DNA from: Porphyrobacter sp. | GTDB lineage: Bacteria > Pseudomonadota > Alphaproteobacteria > Sphingomonadales > Sphingomonadaceae | Direction: 5' to 3' | NCBI GenBank assembly: GCA_041639595.1 | Contig: JBEQBX010000001.1 | Span: forward strand, 39,629-103,628 | DNA length: 64,000 nucleotides | In this document: piece after piece, positions 50,001 to 59,056 of the stretch | Numbering within the stretch: position 1 is the stretch's first letter | How the letters are laid out: every line of letters starts with the position of its first letter | Notes under the pieces: generated by a model | The model's input: only the letters and a program-made list of their open reading frames with translations | Database searches by the model: none | Told to the model about the DNA's origin: nothing | Program-made: the position numbers and the translations under genes

Positions 50001-50607
50001 GCCAGCTCGGATCATCGCCAAGCAGCAGCGGGACCGAAAGGTAAGCCATCACCAGCACAACCACGCCGATATAGCTCGCCAGCATTGACCGGGTCATCGT
50101 CGCCAGCGCGAACAGCAGCGCCGCGGACAGGAGCAGGTTGGGGATGGCGATGACGAGGAACGGCCACAGGTATAGCGCAAGGCTGTTCGGCCCCACGGTT
50201 TCGGGATCGACCCACGGCATCGCCGCGCCCACGGCAATGCCGGCCGGAACCGCCAGATAGCCGAGGATCGCAATCGCCAGCCCGCCAAGAAAGCGTCCGG
50301 CAAGGAACGAGGTGCGCCCCACCGGGGTCGCGCGGATCATCGGGCCAAAGCCCGTCGCATCATCGCGCACCACGGCATTGGCGACGAAGGCGGTGATGAC
50401 GAAGAGGTAGAAGATCGTCAGCAGCGCGATGGCGATAGAGACGGTGAAGGGCGAATTCTCGTTCACCGCGCCGGGCGAGCCGAAGCTCACATTGTCGCTG
50501 GCGGAGATGCCGAAGCCGATCAGGAAGAAGATCGCCATGGAAACCCAGAACACCGGGTTCCTGAGCTGGTAGCGGATTTCGAACGCGGCAAGGCGGGCGG
50601 TCAGCAT
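47011..50607 (-). CDS. ABC-2 type permease fused to an M1 family aminopeptidase
   Basis: Two multi-TM permease repeats, then a soluble domain with AHELGHQYW..LLSETLAQY (HEXXH-X18-E) and HYRKG. Confidence 0.88.
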   Translation of the reverse strand: MLTARLAAFEIRYQLRNPVFWVSMAIFFLIGFGISASDNVSFGSPGAVNENSPFTVSIAIALLTIFYLFVITAFVANAVVRDDATGFGPMIRATPVGRTSFLAGRFLGGLAIAILGYLAVPAGIAVGAAMPWVDPETVGPNSLALYLWPFLVIAIPNLLLSAALLFALATMTRSMLASYIGVVVLVMAYLSVPLLLGDDPSWQDTVAQFEPFGTGAVGEVSRYWTAADMNTRPVPLEGNLLFNRIFVLGLSALFLGLAWLRFSMTERAPSRWQLRRLAKQAVKAAKAGSIAPQSLTRPVTRHFGFGHALATFGLRLHAEVMFVLKSPGLIVLLLISVAFTALNLAFAATSYGTPSYPLTANVIETVTGSAALFSLIVAVFYGGELVWRERDVKMAEIIDAAPVPAWTMFVPKIIAIFAVLLAMALAGMATGVLFQLAKGAPSIDFGLYLSAYVIPQSIDLLLLAVLAVFFQVLSPNKYLGWGLFLVWFVSRIFLSNLGYTNILYSYSGTPAEPLSDMNGMGGFWVGAAIARVYWVCFGVVLLVLAHWAWPRGTVVAVVPRLKGMARRMTIASGGIALAAVAGMVGTGLIIHHNIKVLNQFETSDEAEARLADYERKYLKYASLPRPLITDVAFDVAVYPDERRMEVKGHYDLRNDSGVPITELHVRQGDDTVTFSRLDIAGAKLASHDKTNAYRIFRFATPLAPGATTRLDFASQVWRRGFPNRDADTDIVDNGTFVNNFTFAPIIGMDQRRLLQDRTARRRQGLPAEMRTAKLEDTSAQARNYVGADWVNSRITVSTAADQVPIAPGNKVSDAVKGGRRVAVFESPAPILNFFSIQSARYAVAEEQVGPVRLSVYHDPRHAWNVPAMQKALKTSLAYYESNFGPYQFGYARIIEFPGYDSFAQAFAGTMPYSESIGFAADVRDPETIDYVSYITAHELGHQYWAHQVIGADMQGQTLLSETLAQYSALMVMKELYGEDKIRRFLKFELDSYLSGRKGDPLPEQPLIRVENQQHIHYRKGSLAMYLLQQRLGEDAVNRALARLIDRYKFKPAPYPRSLDLIAELRKEAQTPEDQALITDLFERITIYDLKAKDAVTKQRADGSWATRITVEAGKFTADGKGVETRTSLAESIEVGVFTARPETGAFASSNVLSMKRYPVRAGKQVVEVVTAKKPLFAGIDPYNFYIDRNSDDNLVPVT

Positions 50608-50621
50608 CGGTCCGGCCCCCC

Positions 50622-51509
50622 TTACGCGGCGTGTGCAGGCGTGCGGCGGGTTTCGGCGAGGGTGGCGAAATAGACGTCCTCCAGCCCCCCGCTGACCGGC
50701 GCAAAGCCTTCGGGGCAGGTGTCGGCCAGCACGTGCACCACGATATCGCCGGCAAAGAAGCGGTGCGAGATCACCTCGTATTGCGCCTGCATGTCGGCAA
50801 GGTGGGTGTGCGGCACGGTCTTCTGCCAGACGCGGCCCTTGGTGGAGGCGATCAGATCATGCGGCGCGCCTTCCAGCCGCAGCTTGCCGCCCGCCAACAC
50901 CGCCATGCGCGGGCACAGATCGGCAACATCATCGACGATGTGGGTGGACAGGATCACCACCACATTCTCGCCGATGCCTGCCAGCAGGTTGAGGAAGCGG
51001 TTGCGTTCTTCGGGGTCAAGGCCGGCGGTGGGTTCATCGACAATGATCAGTTCAGGCTCCCCGATCAGCGCCTGCGCGATGCCGAACCGCTGGCGCATCC
51101 CGCCCGAAAAGCCCGCAATTGCCTTGCCACGCACGCTCCACAGGTTGGTCTGGTTCAGCAAATGCTCGACCATCGCCTTCCGCTCGCCCGCGCCCGTCAC
51201 ACCCTTCAGCACCGCCATGTGATCCAGCATCACCTGCGCCGAGACGCGCGGATAGACGCCGAAATCCTGCGGCAGATAGCCCAGCGTGCGGCGCAGGCGG
51301 TCAGGTTCTGCCAGAACGTCAATATCGCCGAAGCGGATGGCTCCTTGCGTGGGCGCCTGAAGCGTCGCAATGGTGCGCATCAAGGTCGATTTGCCCGCGC
51401 CGTTCGGCCCCAGCAGCCCGAACATTCCCTTGGGGATCGACAGCGTCACATTATCGAGCGCGTGGGTCCCGTTGGGGTAGGTGTGGCTGACGCCGCTGAG
51501 TTCGAGCAT
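50622..51509 (-). CDS. ABC transporter ATP-binding protein
   Basis: GPNGAGKST, GYLPQDFG, FSGGMRQR, VDEPTAGLDP, STH. Confidence 0.92.
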   Translation of the reverse strand: MLELSGVSHTYPNGTHALDNVTLSIPKGMFGLLGPNGAGKSTLMRTIATLQAPTQGAIRFGDIDVLAEPDRLRRTLGYLPQDFGVYPRVSAQVMLDHMAVLKGVTGAGERKAMVEHLLNQTNLWSVRGKAIAGFSGGMRQRFGIAQALIGEPELIIVDEPTAGLDPEERNRFLNLLAGIGENVVVILSTHIVDDVADLCPRMAVLAGGKLRLEGAPHDLIASTKGRVWQKTVPHTHLADMQAQYEVISHRFFAGDIVVHVLADTCPEGFAPVSGGLEDVYFATLAETRRTPAHAA

Positions 51510-51647
51510 GCTGGTCCCCTGATCTAATATGTTGCATCGTAACGCAGAACGCGCCCTTGGGAAGCCGTCTTGGTGGAATAACACACGCGATTGATCGACG
51601 CGGCGTGTCGTTCGTCGACGCCAGTCATGCGCCGGGCTATCGGTCGG

Positions 51648-52283
51648 TCAGAACAATCCGGGCTGCAGAGGCTGCGGCGCAGGCTTGCCCCAAGGATCGG
51701 GGGTGCGATCAATGGTGACCGGCCCTGCCCAGCCCCGGCACAGGTCCAGCGCCTCCTGCCCGCTTCCGCCCAGCCAGCGCGCCTGATCCTGCGGCGCGAT
51801 CAGCACCGGCATCCGTTCGTGAACGGGGGCGACGCTGGTGCCTTCGCTGTCCGTCATCACCATGGAATAGCAGTCGCCCCATTCGTCCGATGGCCGCCAC
51901 AGGCCGGCAGCGGCAAACAGCGGCGCATCGGGCAGGTTCAGCCATGTGCGGGTCATCCGACCTTTCGGTCCCTCGGCCTCGGCCCAAGCGGTGAGCGGGA
52001 TCAGGCAGCGCCGCGTCTCGAACGCGTTACGCCAGAAAGCCGTGCCCAGCTTGTCGGCCCGCGCGTTATTGACCGGCTTGGGCTTCAGCGGTTGCCCCTT
52101 CGCGCCGTTCAGCACCAGCGGAAAGCCCCAGGTCATGGGCCTTACCGCCCCTTCCGCAACGACCAGCCCGGTGTAGCCGGGATAGACCTCGGCCGCGAAG
52201 TTTGCCCCGCCTGCGCCCTCGACCGCTTTGAACCACGCCGCGACCTCGTGCGCGTTTTTGGTCATGCGGTAGAGGTTACACAC
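51648..52283 (-). CDS. SOS response-associated peptidase (SRAP, YedK/HMCES family)
   Basis: Cys at residue 2 (MCNLY), WGFP, NNARAD, RCLIP..WAE, AGLW, HERMPV. Confidence 0.88.
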   Translation of the reverse strand: MCNLYRMTKNAHEVAAWFKAVEGAGGANFAAEVYPGYTGLVVAEGAVRPMTWGFPLVLNGAKGQPLKPKPVNNARADKLGTAFWRNAFETRRCLIPLTAWAEAEGPKGRMTRTWLNLPDAPLFAAAGLWRPSDEWGDCYSMVMTDSEGTSVAPVHERMPVLIAPQDQARWLGGSGQEALDLCRGWAGPVTIDRTPDPWGKPAPQPLQPGLF

Positions 52284-52284
52284 C

Positions 52285-53187
52285 TCAAGCGTTCCCGACC
52301 ACGAAACACGCCGCGGCCATCAGCGCCCCCGTCCAGCGGTTCGACCTGAACCGCGAAAGCGGATTGTCCGGGTCTTCAGCATCCAAGGTCAGCACCTGCC
52401 ACGCCAGATGCCCTGCCACCGGGACCAGCGCGAGCAGTGCCAGCGGGTCTTCGCGGTACAGCCAGAAACCAAGCGCCCACAGGCCCACCGCCCCGGCATA
52501 GAACCCCGCGATACCGCCCTGCACCCGCGCACCCATCGCCAGCGCCGATGACCGGATACCAACCATCGCGTCATCCTCGCGGTCTTGCAGGGCGTAGATC
52601 GTATCGTACCCGATGACCCAGCAGATGCACCCGGCATAGACCGCTGCCAAGGCATCCCAGTTATCCCAGCGCAGCTCCGCCCACCCCACCAGCAGGCCCC
52701 AATTGAACACCATGCCCAGCCATGCCTGCGGCCACCAGGTGATGCGCTTCATGAAGGGATAGGCCGCGACCAGCGCCAAGCTGCCGAGCGCCGCCGCCTG
52801 GGCCGGTACACGCAATTGCAGCAGCACCACCAGCCCGATCAGGCACAGCGCCAGCAGCCAGATCCACGCGACCTTCTTCGACACCCGACCACTTGCCACC
52901 GGACGCAGCGCTGTGCGCGCGACCTTCGCATCGAGATCGGCGTCAACGATGTCATTATAAACACAACCCGCCCCGCGCATGGCGATGGAGCCAATCAGCA
53001 TCCAGCCGAGCAGCGCGAATTGCCAACCCGCGCCTGCCAGCCACACTCCGAAGACGCAGGGCCAGAACAGCAGCCACCACCCAATCGGCCGGTCGAACCG
53101 CGCCAGCAGCGCAAGATCACGCGGAAGCTGTGGCAGGCGGGCTACCAACCCGCGGTGCTCGCTGTCGGGGACGATCTGTTCGGTCAT
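52285..53187 (-). CDS. ubiA: 4-hydroxybenzoate polyprenyltransferase
   Basis: RFDRPIGWWLLFWP, GCVYNDIVDADLDAKVART..RP, YPFMKRIT, YDTIYALQDREDD. Confidence 0.95.
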   Translation of the reverse strand: MTEQIVPDSEHRGLVARLPQLPRDLALLARFDRPIGWWLLFWPCVFGVWLAGAGWQFALLGWMLIGSIAMRGAGCVYNDIVDADLDAKVARTALRPVASGRVSKKVAWIWLLALCLIGLVVLLQLRVPAQAAALGSLALVAAYPFMKRITWWPQAWLGMVFNWGLLVGWAELRWDNWDALAAVYAGCICWVIGYDTIYALQDREDDAMVGIRSSALAMGARVQGGIAGFYAGAVGLWALGFWLYREDPLALLALVPVAGHLAWQVLTLDAEDPDNPLSRFRSNRWTGALMAAACFVVGNA

Positions 53188-53564
53188 GCCGCCCCTGCCT
53201 TCGCTGCCCGCCAGCCCATGATCGCCAGTGCCAGCATGGTCACGTTGCCGGCGAAGTCGAGCATTCCGATGCTGGTCAGCACCGGCACCTCGTAATGGAA
53301 CCAGTAATTGAAGCCGAAGAACGGGAGCAGCAGCACGCCGAACACGGCAAAACTGCGCGCGCTCCACCGGGTGAACAGTGCCATGAACCCGAACAAGACC
53401 GCCTGCGCGCCGAAGCAGGCAACCGCAAAGCGCGCGAAAAAGCTGTCATCCCGATATGGCTCGGCAATGGCCAGCTCGATTGCGAGTGCAGGTGCAAACA
53501 GCGCCCAGCCGCCCAGCAACAGGAACACGGCGGCGATCAGGAATTGTGCGGTTCGTGCGGACAT
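53184..53564 (-). CDS. Hypothetical 4-TM membrane protein
   Basis: GGAG RBS, four hydrophobic segments, ATGA overlap with ubiA. Confidence 0.7.
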   Translation of the reverse strand: MSARTAQFLIAAVFLLLGGWALFAPALAIELAIAEPYRDDSFFARFAVACFGAQAVLFGFMALFTRWSARSFAVFGVLLLPFFGFNYWFHYEVPVLTSIGMLDFAGNVTMLALAIMGWRAAKAGAA

Positions 53565-53603
53565 GACTTGCTCCCTAGCGGCCCCCGCGCCTAGTGCAAA
53601 GCC

Positions 53604-54359
53604 ATGCCCGCAACCCCCGCCTGGCCCCCGAAAAGCGCACCGCGCCTGTTTGTGCCGCAAGAATTACGCACCGGTGACGCCGTGCGGATCGACGGCAATC
53701 CCGCGCATTACCTTGCCCGCGTCATGCGCGTTGCTCCGGGTGACGTGGTGATCCTGTGCGACGATCTCACCGGAGAATGGGCCGCGCGGGTCAGCGACGT
53801 CGGCAAGCGTGACGTGGTGCTGGACGTGGCCGAGATGCTCCGCCCGCGCGAAGCGGTGCCCGATCTGTGGCTGTGCCCCGCCCTGCTCAAGAAGGACCGC
53901 TTCGATCTGGTTCTGGAGAAAGCGACCGAACTGGGCGCCGCGCGCATCCAGCCGGTGATCACCCGTCGCTGCGTCGCGGACAAGCTCAACATGGATCGCG
54001 CCCGCGCCATCACCACCGAAGCGGCCGAACAATGCGCCCGCACCGCCCTCCCCGCCTTGGCCGATCCGGTGAAGCTGGATGCGCTGCTGGCCGCTTGGCC
54101 GGAGGGCCGCGCGCTGTTCTTCGCTGACGAAAATGCCAAAGAACAGGGCGGCGAACCGGCCGCCGCCGCTTTCAAGGCCCATTCCGGCCCCGCCGCCATC
54201 CTCACCGGCCCCGAAGGCGGCTTCGACGAGGCCGAGCGCGCCGCCATTCGCGCCCACCCTGCCGCGCAGCCCATCACGCTTGGCCCGCGCATCCTGCGCG
54301 GCGAGACGGCTGCCATTGCCGGCCTTGCCGTGTGGATGGCCAATGCCGGCGACTGGTAG
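53604..54359 (+). CDS. rsmE: 16S rRNA m3U1498 methyltransferase
   Basis: HYLARVMR, EKATELG, EAAEQC, GPEGGF, LGPRILRGETA. Confidence 0.95.
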   Translation: MPATPAWPPKSAPRLFVPQELRTGDAVRIDGNPAHYLARVMRVAPGDVVILCDDLTGEWAARVSDVGKRDVVLDVAEMLRPREAVPDLWLCPALLKKDRFDLVLEKATELGAARIQPVITRRCVADKLNMDRARAITTEAAEQCARTALPALADPVKLDALLAAWPEGRALFFADENAKEQGGEPAAAAFKAHSGPAAILTGPEGGFDEAERAAIRAHPAAQPITLGPRILRGETAAIAGLAVWMANAGDW

Positions 54360-54446
54360 CCGCGCTTCGCGGGGGCAAATACGTTTTGCCCTTCCCACCA
54401 GCAAACCCGTTTTCTAAAGCAACCGGCCAGAGAGGGCCTCAATCCG

Positions 54447-55817
54447 ATGAGCACACGCGAAGCTTCCACTGCCCACGATCCGGTGATCGAAGGCTTCGAC
54501 CAATTGCTGGCGCCCATGATCGGCGGCGAAAAACCGCCCGAGGATTGGCGCATCGGCACCGAGCACGAAAAGCTCGTCTACAAGCACAAGGACCACAGCG
54601 CCCCGTCTTACGGTGAGCCCTGCGGCATCCGCGATCTGCTGGGCGGGCTGGAACAATTCGGGTGGGAACCGGTGGTCGAAGGCGGCAATGTCATCGCCCT
54701 GAAAGGCGAGGATGGCGCGGTCAGCCTTGAACCTGCCGGGCAGCTTGAACTGTCGGGTGCACCGCTGGAAAACCTGCACCAGACCTGCGCGGAAACCGGG
54801 CGGCATCTGGCGCAGGTCAAGCAAGTCGGCGAGAAATGCGGCGTCGGCTATCTCGGGCTCGGCATGTGGCCGGACAAGACCCGCGAAGAACTGCCGATCA
54901 TGCCCAAGGGCCGCTATGACATCATGCTGCGGCATATGCCGCGGGTCGGCACGATGGGCCTCGACATGATGCTGCGCACCTGCACCATTCAGGTGAACCT
55001 CGATTACCAGTCCGAAGCCGACATGGTGAAGAAATTCCGCGTCGGTCTCGCGCTGCAACCGCTGGCGACCGCGCTGTTTGCCAATTCGCCGTTCACCGAA
55101 GGAAAGCCCAACGGTTTCCTGTCGTACCGTTCGCACATCTGGTCGGACACCGATCCGCACCGCACCGGGATGCTGCCCTTCGTGTTCGAAGACGGGTTCG
55201 GGTATGAGCGCTGGGCCAAGTATATGCTTGATGTGCCGATGTATTTCGTCTTCCGCGACGGGAAATATATCGATGCGGCGGGGCTTTCGTTCCGCGATTT
55301 CCTTGACGGCAAGCTGTCGGTTCTGCCGGGCGAACGCCCGACGCAAAGCGATTGGTGGGACCACCTGTCCACCGCCTTCCCCGAGGTGCGGCTGAAAAGC
55401 TTCCTCGAAATGCGCGGCGCGGATGGCGGGCCGTGGAGCCGGATTTGCGCCCTGCCCGCCTTCTGGGTCGGCCTGCTTTACGATCAGGGCGCGCTCGATG
55501 CAGCATGGGATCTGGTCAAGGACTGGACGATGGAGGAGCGTGAGGCGCTGCGTTCGGCCGCTCCCAAGCTGGCGCTGGATTCGCCCGTTCCCGGCGGCCA
55601 TACCCTGCGCGATATCGGGCGCGAAGCTCTCGCTATCGCGCATAAGGGGCTAGCGGCGCGGGCGCGGCTCAATGCGTCAGGCGATAACGAAACCGGCTAT
55701 CTCGAAACGCTCGACGAAATCGTCGCCAGCGGCAAGGTTCCGGCGCAGCGCCTGCTGGATGCCTATTATGGCGAGTGGAACGGCGACATCACCCGGGTCT
55801 ATGAACAGTCCTTCTAA
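54447..55817 (+). CDS. gshA: Glutamate--cysteine ligase (plant-type GCS2)
   Basis: WRIGTEHEK, SLEPAGQLELSG, MPKGRY, TCTIQVNLD, FANSPF, FPEVRLKSFLEMRGAD. Confidence 0.94.
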   Translation: MSTREASTAHDPVIEGFDQLLAPMIGGEKPPEDWRIGTEHEKLVYKHKDHSAPSYGEPCGIRDLLGGLEQFGWEPVVEGGNVIALKGEDGAVSLEPAGQLELSGAPLENLHQTCAETGRHLAQVKQVGEKCGVGYLGLGMWPDKTREELPIMPKGRYDIMLRHMPRVGTMGLDMMLRTCTIQVNLDYQSEADMVKKFRVGLALQPLATALFANSPFTEGKPNGFLSYRSHIWSDTDPHRTGMLPFVFEDGFGYERWAKYMLDVPMYFVFRDGKYIDAAGLSFRDFLDGKLSVLPGERPTQSDWWDHLSTAFPEVRLKSFLEMRGADGGPWSRICALPAFWVGLLYDQGALDAAWDLVKDWTMEEREALRSAAPKLALDSPVPGGHTLRDIGREALAIAHKGLAARARLNASGDNETGYLETLDEIVASGKVPAQRLLDAYYGEWNGDITRVYEQSF

Positions 55818-55832
55818 AGGAGGGAGTTCAAG

Positions 55833-56135
55833 ATGCTGATTGTTCTGGCCAAGGCCAAACTGGGTGCGGATTCGATGGCGGCAGCCCGCGCGGCGATTGC
55901 CGATATGGTCGCCGCGTCGAACGCCGAAGACGGCTGCATCGCCTATGCCTTCACCGAGGATATGTTGCAGCCCGGCGTGATCCACATCGTCGAAAAATGG
56001 CAGGACGAAGCCGCCCTCGCCGCGCACTTTGCCACGCCGCATATGGCGGCGTTCGGCGCGGCCATCGCTGGGCTGGATTTTGAGGTGATCGAAGCCGTGA
56101 AATTCCACGCCGATGAAGGATCGCCGGTGATGTAA
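55833..56135 (+). CDS. ABM-domain protein (putative quinol monooxygenase)
   Basis: AEDGCIAY, VEKWQDEAALAAHFATPHM; AAGGAGG RBS. Confidence 0.85.
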   Translation: MLIVLAKAKLGADSMAAARAAIADMVAASNAEDGCIAYAFTEDMLQPGVIHIVEKWQDEAALAAHFATPHMAAFGAAIAGLDFEVIEAVKFHADEGSPVM

Positions 56136-56137
56136 TC

Positions 56138-57547
56138 CTACTCGGCGGGGTGAAGCTGCGCCCGGTTGCCACTGGACGCACCGCCGGTGAGGCGGCGCTT
56201 CAACCGGGCGAGCCGCGCGGTGATCAGGCCGTGCTGTTCCATCCACGCGTGATATTCACGGTATTTGGCGTCTTCGGCCATCAAGTGCGCTTCTTCGGTG
56301 CGCGCTCGCCAGTAATATATGGCGTTCACCACCAGTAGGAAAACGCAGTTTCGCAGCGCCTCCAGCCATGATCCGCCGGTCACCAGAAACGGCAGGACAG
56401 ACGCCCACCAGAACAGGTTTTTGGACAAGTAGGCCGGGTGGCGGGTGAAGCGATACGGCCCGTGGGTCAGCACGCCGCGATAGGTGAGGTTTGAAAAGCG
56501 GATGCCGAACACCACCGTCGCCCAGGCATAAACGCCGGTAAGCGCAACCAGAACCCCGCCCCACGCCCATAGCAGCGCGTCGCTGCCAGCCAGCCAGTGC
56601 TCCCATCCCGGAGTGGCAAATTCATAACTCAAGATCTGGTCATTCGGACCAATGATCCCCCACACAAACGGCGGATAGCACAGCAGCGCGGCCAGCCAGC
56701 CCGCCAGAAACGGGTTGCCTGACCGGATATGCGAATCGAGCGGGCGCATTGTCAGAAGATAGCCGACCGTACCGATCTGCACGTCGATCAGGAACAGCAG
56801 CGTCACCAGCAGCATCACGAATGCGACAGGATTGCCAATGAGTTGTGCAGGATCAGCCGTTACCACCTGCGCAAATCCCGGCGGCAGGATGGAAATCATG
56901 AAGGCGCCGAAGAACCCCTTGATCCCCCATGCCCGCCAATGCTTGGCCAGCGTTGCCGCGTCCCATTGATCGCGCCCGATCATCCCGCCGCCCACAACGA
57001 AAGCGCCGAACTGGAACGCCCCGTCGCGCGGTTCGACCAGATAGCGGTCGAGCCAGATTACATAAGGAACAGAAAGCGTTACAAGCGGAAGGATAGCGAT
57101 CGTCAGCACGTCCATGGCGAACAGGTAATTGCCCGTCCAATACCACCGCGCCAGCGCGTAAAACGCGGCGATCAGCGCCCAGGTTGCCCACAATCCGACC
57201 AGCTTGATGACCGCCACCGGCATAACCTCGGCCAGCGGACGCTTCAGCTGCCAGTCGATCCCGGTGGAGGGGCGCAGGTGAACCTTGTCGACCAGCACCG
57301 ACCACAGCGCCATCGGCAAAGCGGTGAACAGCATGGCGGCAAGCGCGGCGTAAGGGCCGGACAACACTCCCCGTTCGCCGGAAAAAGCGCCGCCCATGCC
57401 CAGCACGCCAGCGATGTCAGGGTAGGATCGGCAGAACGCAATCCATACAAACAGCCCCGCCAGCCCCGCCAGCCCGACGCCGGTTGAAACGTCGCTGACC
57501 GGCGGCCGAGGGCGCGGTGTTGGCAGGGGCATGGGCGGCGCAATCAT
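56138..57547 (-). CDS. Polytopic membrane methyltransferase (ICMT/PEMT family)
   Basis: Many TM segments; C-terminal FSNLTYRGVLTHGPYRFTRHPAY..RARTEEAHL. Confidence 0.82.
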   Translation of the reverse strand: MIAPPMPLPTPRPRPPVSDVSTGVGLAGLAGLFVWIAFCRSYPDIAGVLGMGGAFSGERGVLSGPYAALAAMLFTALPMALWSVLVDKVHLRPSTGIDWQLKRPLAEVMPVAVIKLVGLWATWALIAAFYALARWYWTGNYLFAMDVLTIAILPLVTLSVPYVIWLDRYLVEPRDGAFQFGAFVVGGGMIGRDQWDAATLAKHWRAWGIKGFFGAFMISILPPGFAQVVTADPAQLIGNPVAFVMLLVTLLFLIDVQIGTVGYLLTMRPLDSHIRSGNPFLAGWLAALLCYPPFVWGIIGPNDQILSYEFATPGWEHWLAGSDALLWAWGGVLVALTGVYAWATVVFGIRFSNLTYRGVLTHGPYRFTRHPAYLSKNLFWWASVLPFLVTGGSWLEALRNCVFLLVVNAIYYWRARTEEAHLMAEDAKYREYHAWMEQHGLITARLARLKRRLTGGASSGNRAQLHPAE

Positions 57548-57684
57548 GACCACCGTGCCCTACAGGATAAGGGTTAACAGACGGGCAAGACGCCGCCAGA
57601 ACCTGCCTAAGGCGGTCTGTCAGGGGTCTAACCCCGGTCTGGAGGGGGTCTGGCGCCCGTTGACGCCCAACCCCCTGTTGGAAC

Positions 57685-59031
57685 CTACTTCCAGGCGTGA
57701 ATGGTGCCTGCGTCATCCATCACATACAGGAAGCCGTCCGCCACCACCGGTGGCAGGCTGACCGGCTGGCCGACATCGGCAAACAGGCTGGCCGAGCCTT
57801 CGCCCGCGCTCACTTTCCAGATTTCACCGCGCGAACTGGCGACCCACAGCGCGCCGCCTGCCAGCACCGGGCCGGTCCAGAAAATCGGGCCCTTCTTGTC
57901 TTCGGCGTCCTTGTAACCCTGAAGCTGCGTGATCCAGCGCACCCGCCCCGAAGACCGCGCAATCGCCAGCAGGCGCGCGTCATCGGTCAGCGTGAATATC
58001 CACTCGCCCGCAATCGCCGGGGTGGAGATGCCCGCAAGGTTCAATTCCCAGATGCGCTGGCCGGTGACCAGTTCATAGGCGGCCATGCGCCCGCCCTGCC
58101 CCAAGGCATAGACGCGGCCCGAATCGATGATCGGATCGGCATCGATGTCCGTGATGGTGCCCACCGTGGTCGAGATATTGGTGCGCGCCAGCGCGTCCGA
58201 CCACAACACCCGGCCATTTTCGTACCGATAGGCCGTCAATTCGCCGCTGGAATAACCGCCAACGATAGTCCCCTGACCGGCAGACGGCGCCGCCACCCCG
58301 AACACGCCCGACTGGGTGTTCGATCCGCTTTCGTCCCACACCAGTGAACCATCCGCCGACTTCAGCGAAATCAGCTGGTTATCCTGCGTCATGACGAACA
58401 GCTGGCCAAAGGCGATGGTCGGCGAACCGCGCAAGGGACCGGCCGGTTTGACCTTCCACAGCACTTCGCCCGTTTCGGCATTGACCGCCTTCACATCGCC
58501 CACGCCGTTGGTGGCGTAAAGCTTGCCCGCTTCGTAGCTGACCCCGCCGCCGAATGCCGACGGCGCCTGATCCTTGGTCATGCCTTCATCGCCGCGGGTC
58601 CACAGCTTGGCGCCGGTGGCCTTGTCGAAGGCGACGATCACGCCGTCAGTGCCTTCGGCAAACAGCTTGCCCCCGCCAATCACCGGCGCTGCGGCCAGCC
58701 GCATCCGGTCGCTGGCCCCGGCGACCTGAGCGGTCCACACCTTCGACGGGTTTTCAGCCAGCGCGAGGTGGCCATAGGACTTGCCGGCCGCGCCGCCAGC
58801 CTGCGCCCATTCGGCATTGACGCGCGCAGGCGGCAGCACGACTGAAATCGCAGCGAGCGCGGGATCGACTTCGGCCCCGCTTTCAATGCGCGACAGGATC
58901 GGAACCCGGTTGCCGACAGTCGGCGTGGTCTTTTCGTCCTTGCCGCCGAACAGCCCGCCCTTGCAGCCGGTCAGCCCGGCGGCCATCAATCCTGCCAGCA
59001 GCGCAGCGCGCGCGATTTTCGTCTTTGTCAT
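57685..59031 (-). CDS. bamB: Outer membrane assembly lipoprotein BamB (PQQ-like beta-propeller)
   Basis: Lipobox LTG-C; repeated G..W propeller blades; directly downstream of the YfgM-like gene. Confidence 0.82.
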   Translation of the reverse strand: MTKTKIARAALLAGLMAAGLTGCKGGLFGGKDEKTTPTVGNRVPILSRIESGAEVDPALAAISVVLPPARVNAEWAQAGGAAGKSYGHLALAENPSKVWTAQVAGASDRMRLAAAPVIGGGKLFAEGTDGVIVAFDKATGAKLWTRGDEGMTKDQAPSAFGGGVSYEAGKLYATNGVGDVKAVNAETGEVLWKVKPAGPLRGSPTIAFGQLFVMTQDNQLISLKSADGSLVWDESGSNTQSGVFGVAAPSAGQGTIVGGYSSGELTAYRYENGRVLWSDALARTNISTTVGTITDIDADPIIDSGRVYALGQGGRMAAYELVTGQRIWELNLAGISTPAIAGEWIFTLTDDARLLAIARSSGRVRWITQLQGYKDAEDKKGPIFWTGPVLAGGALWVASSRGEIWKVSAGEGSASLFADVGQPVSLPPVVADGFLYVMDDAGTIHAWK

Positions 59032-59056
59032 TCCCGTCCGTTCCAATCTTGCGTCT

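Noticed and set aside
52285-53367. 360-aa UbiA with N-terminal extension
   Set aside because: The extension overlaps the upstream membrane-protein gene; ATG 53187 with an ATGA overlap is the likely start.
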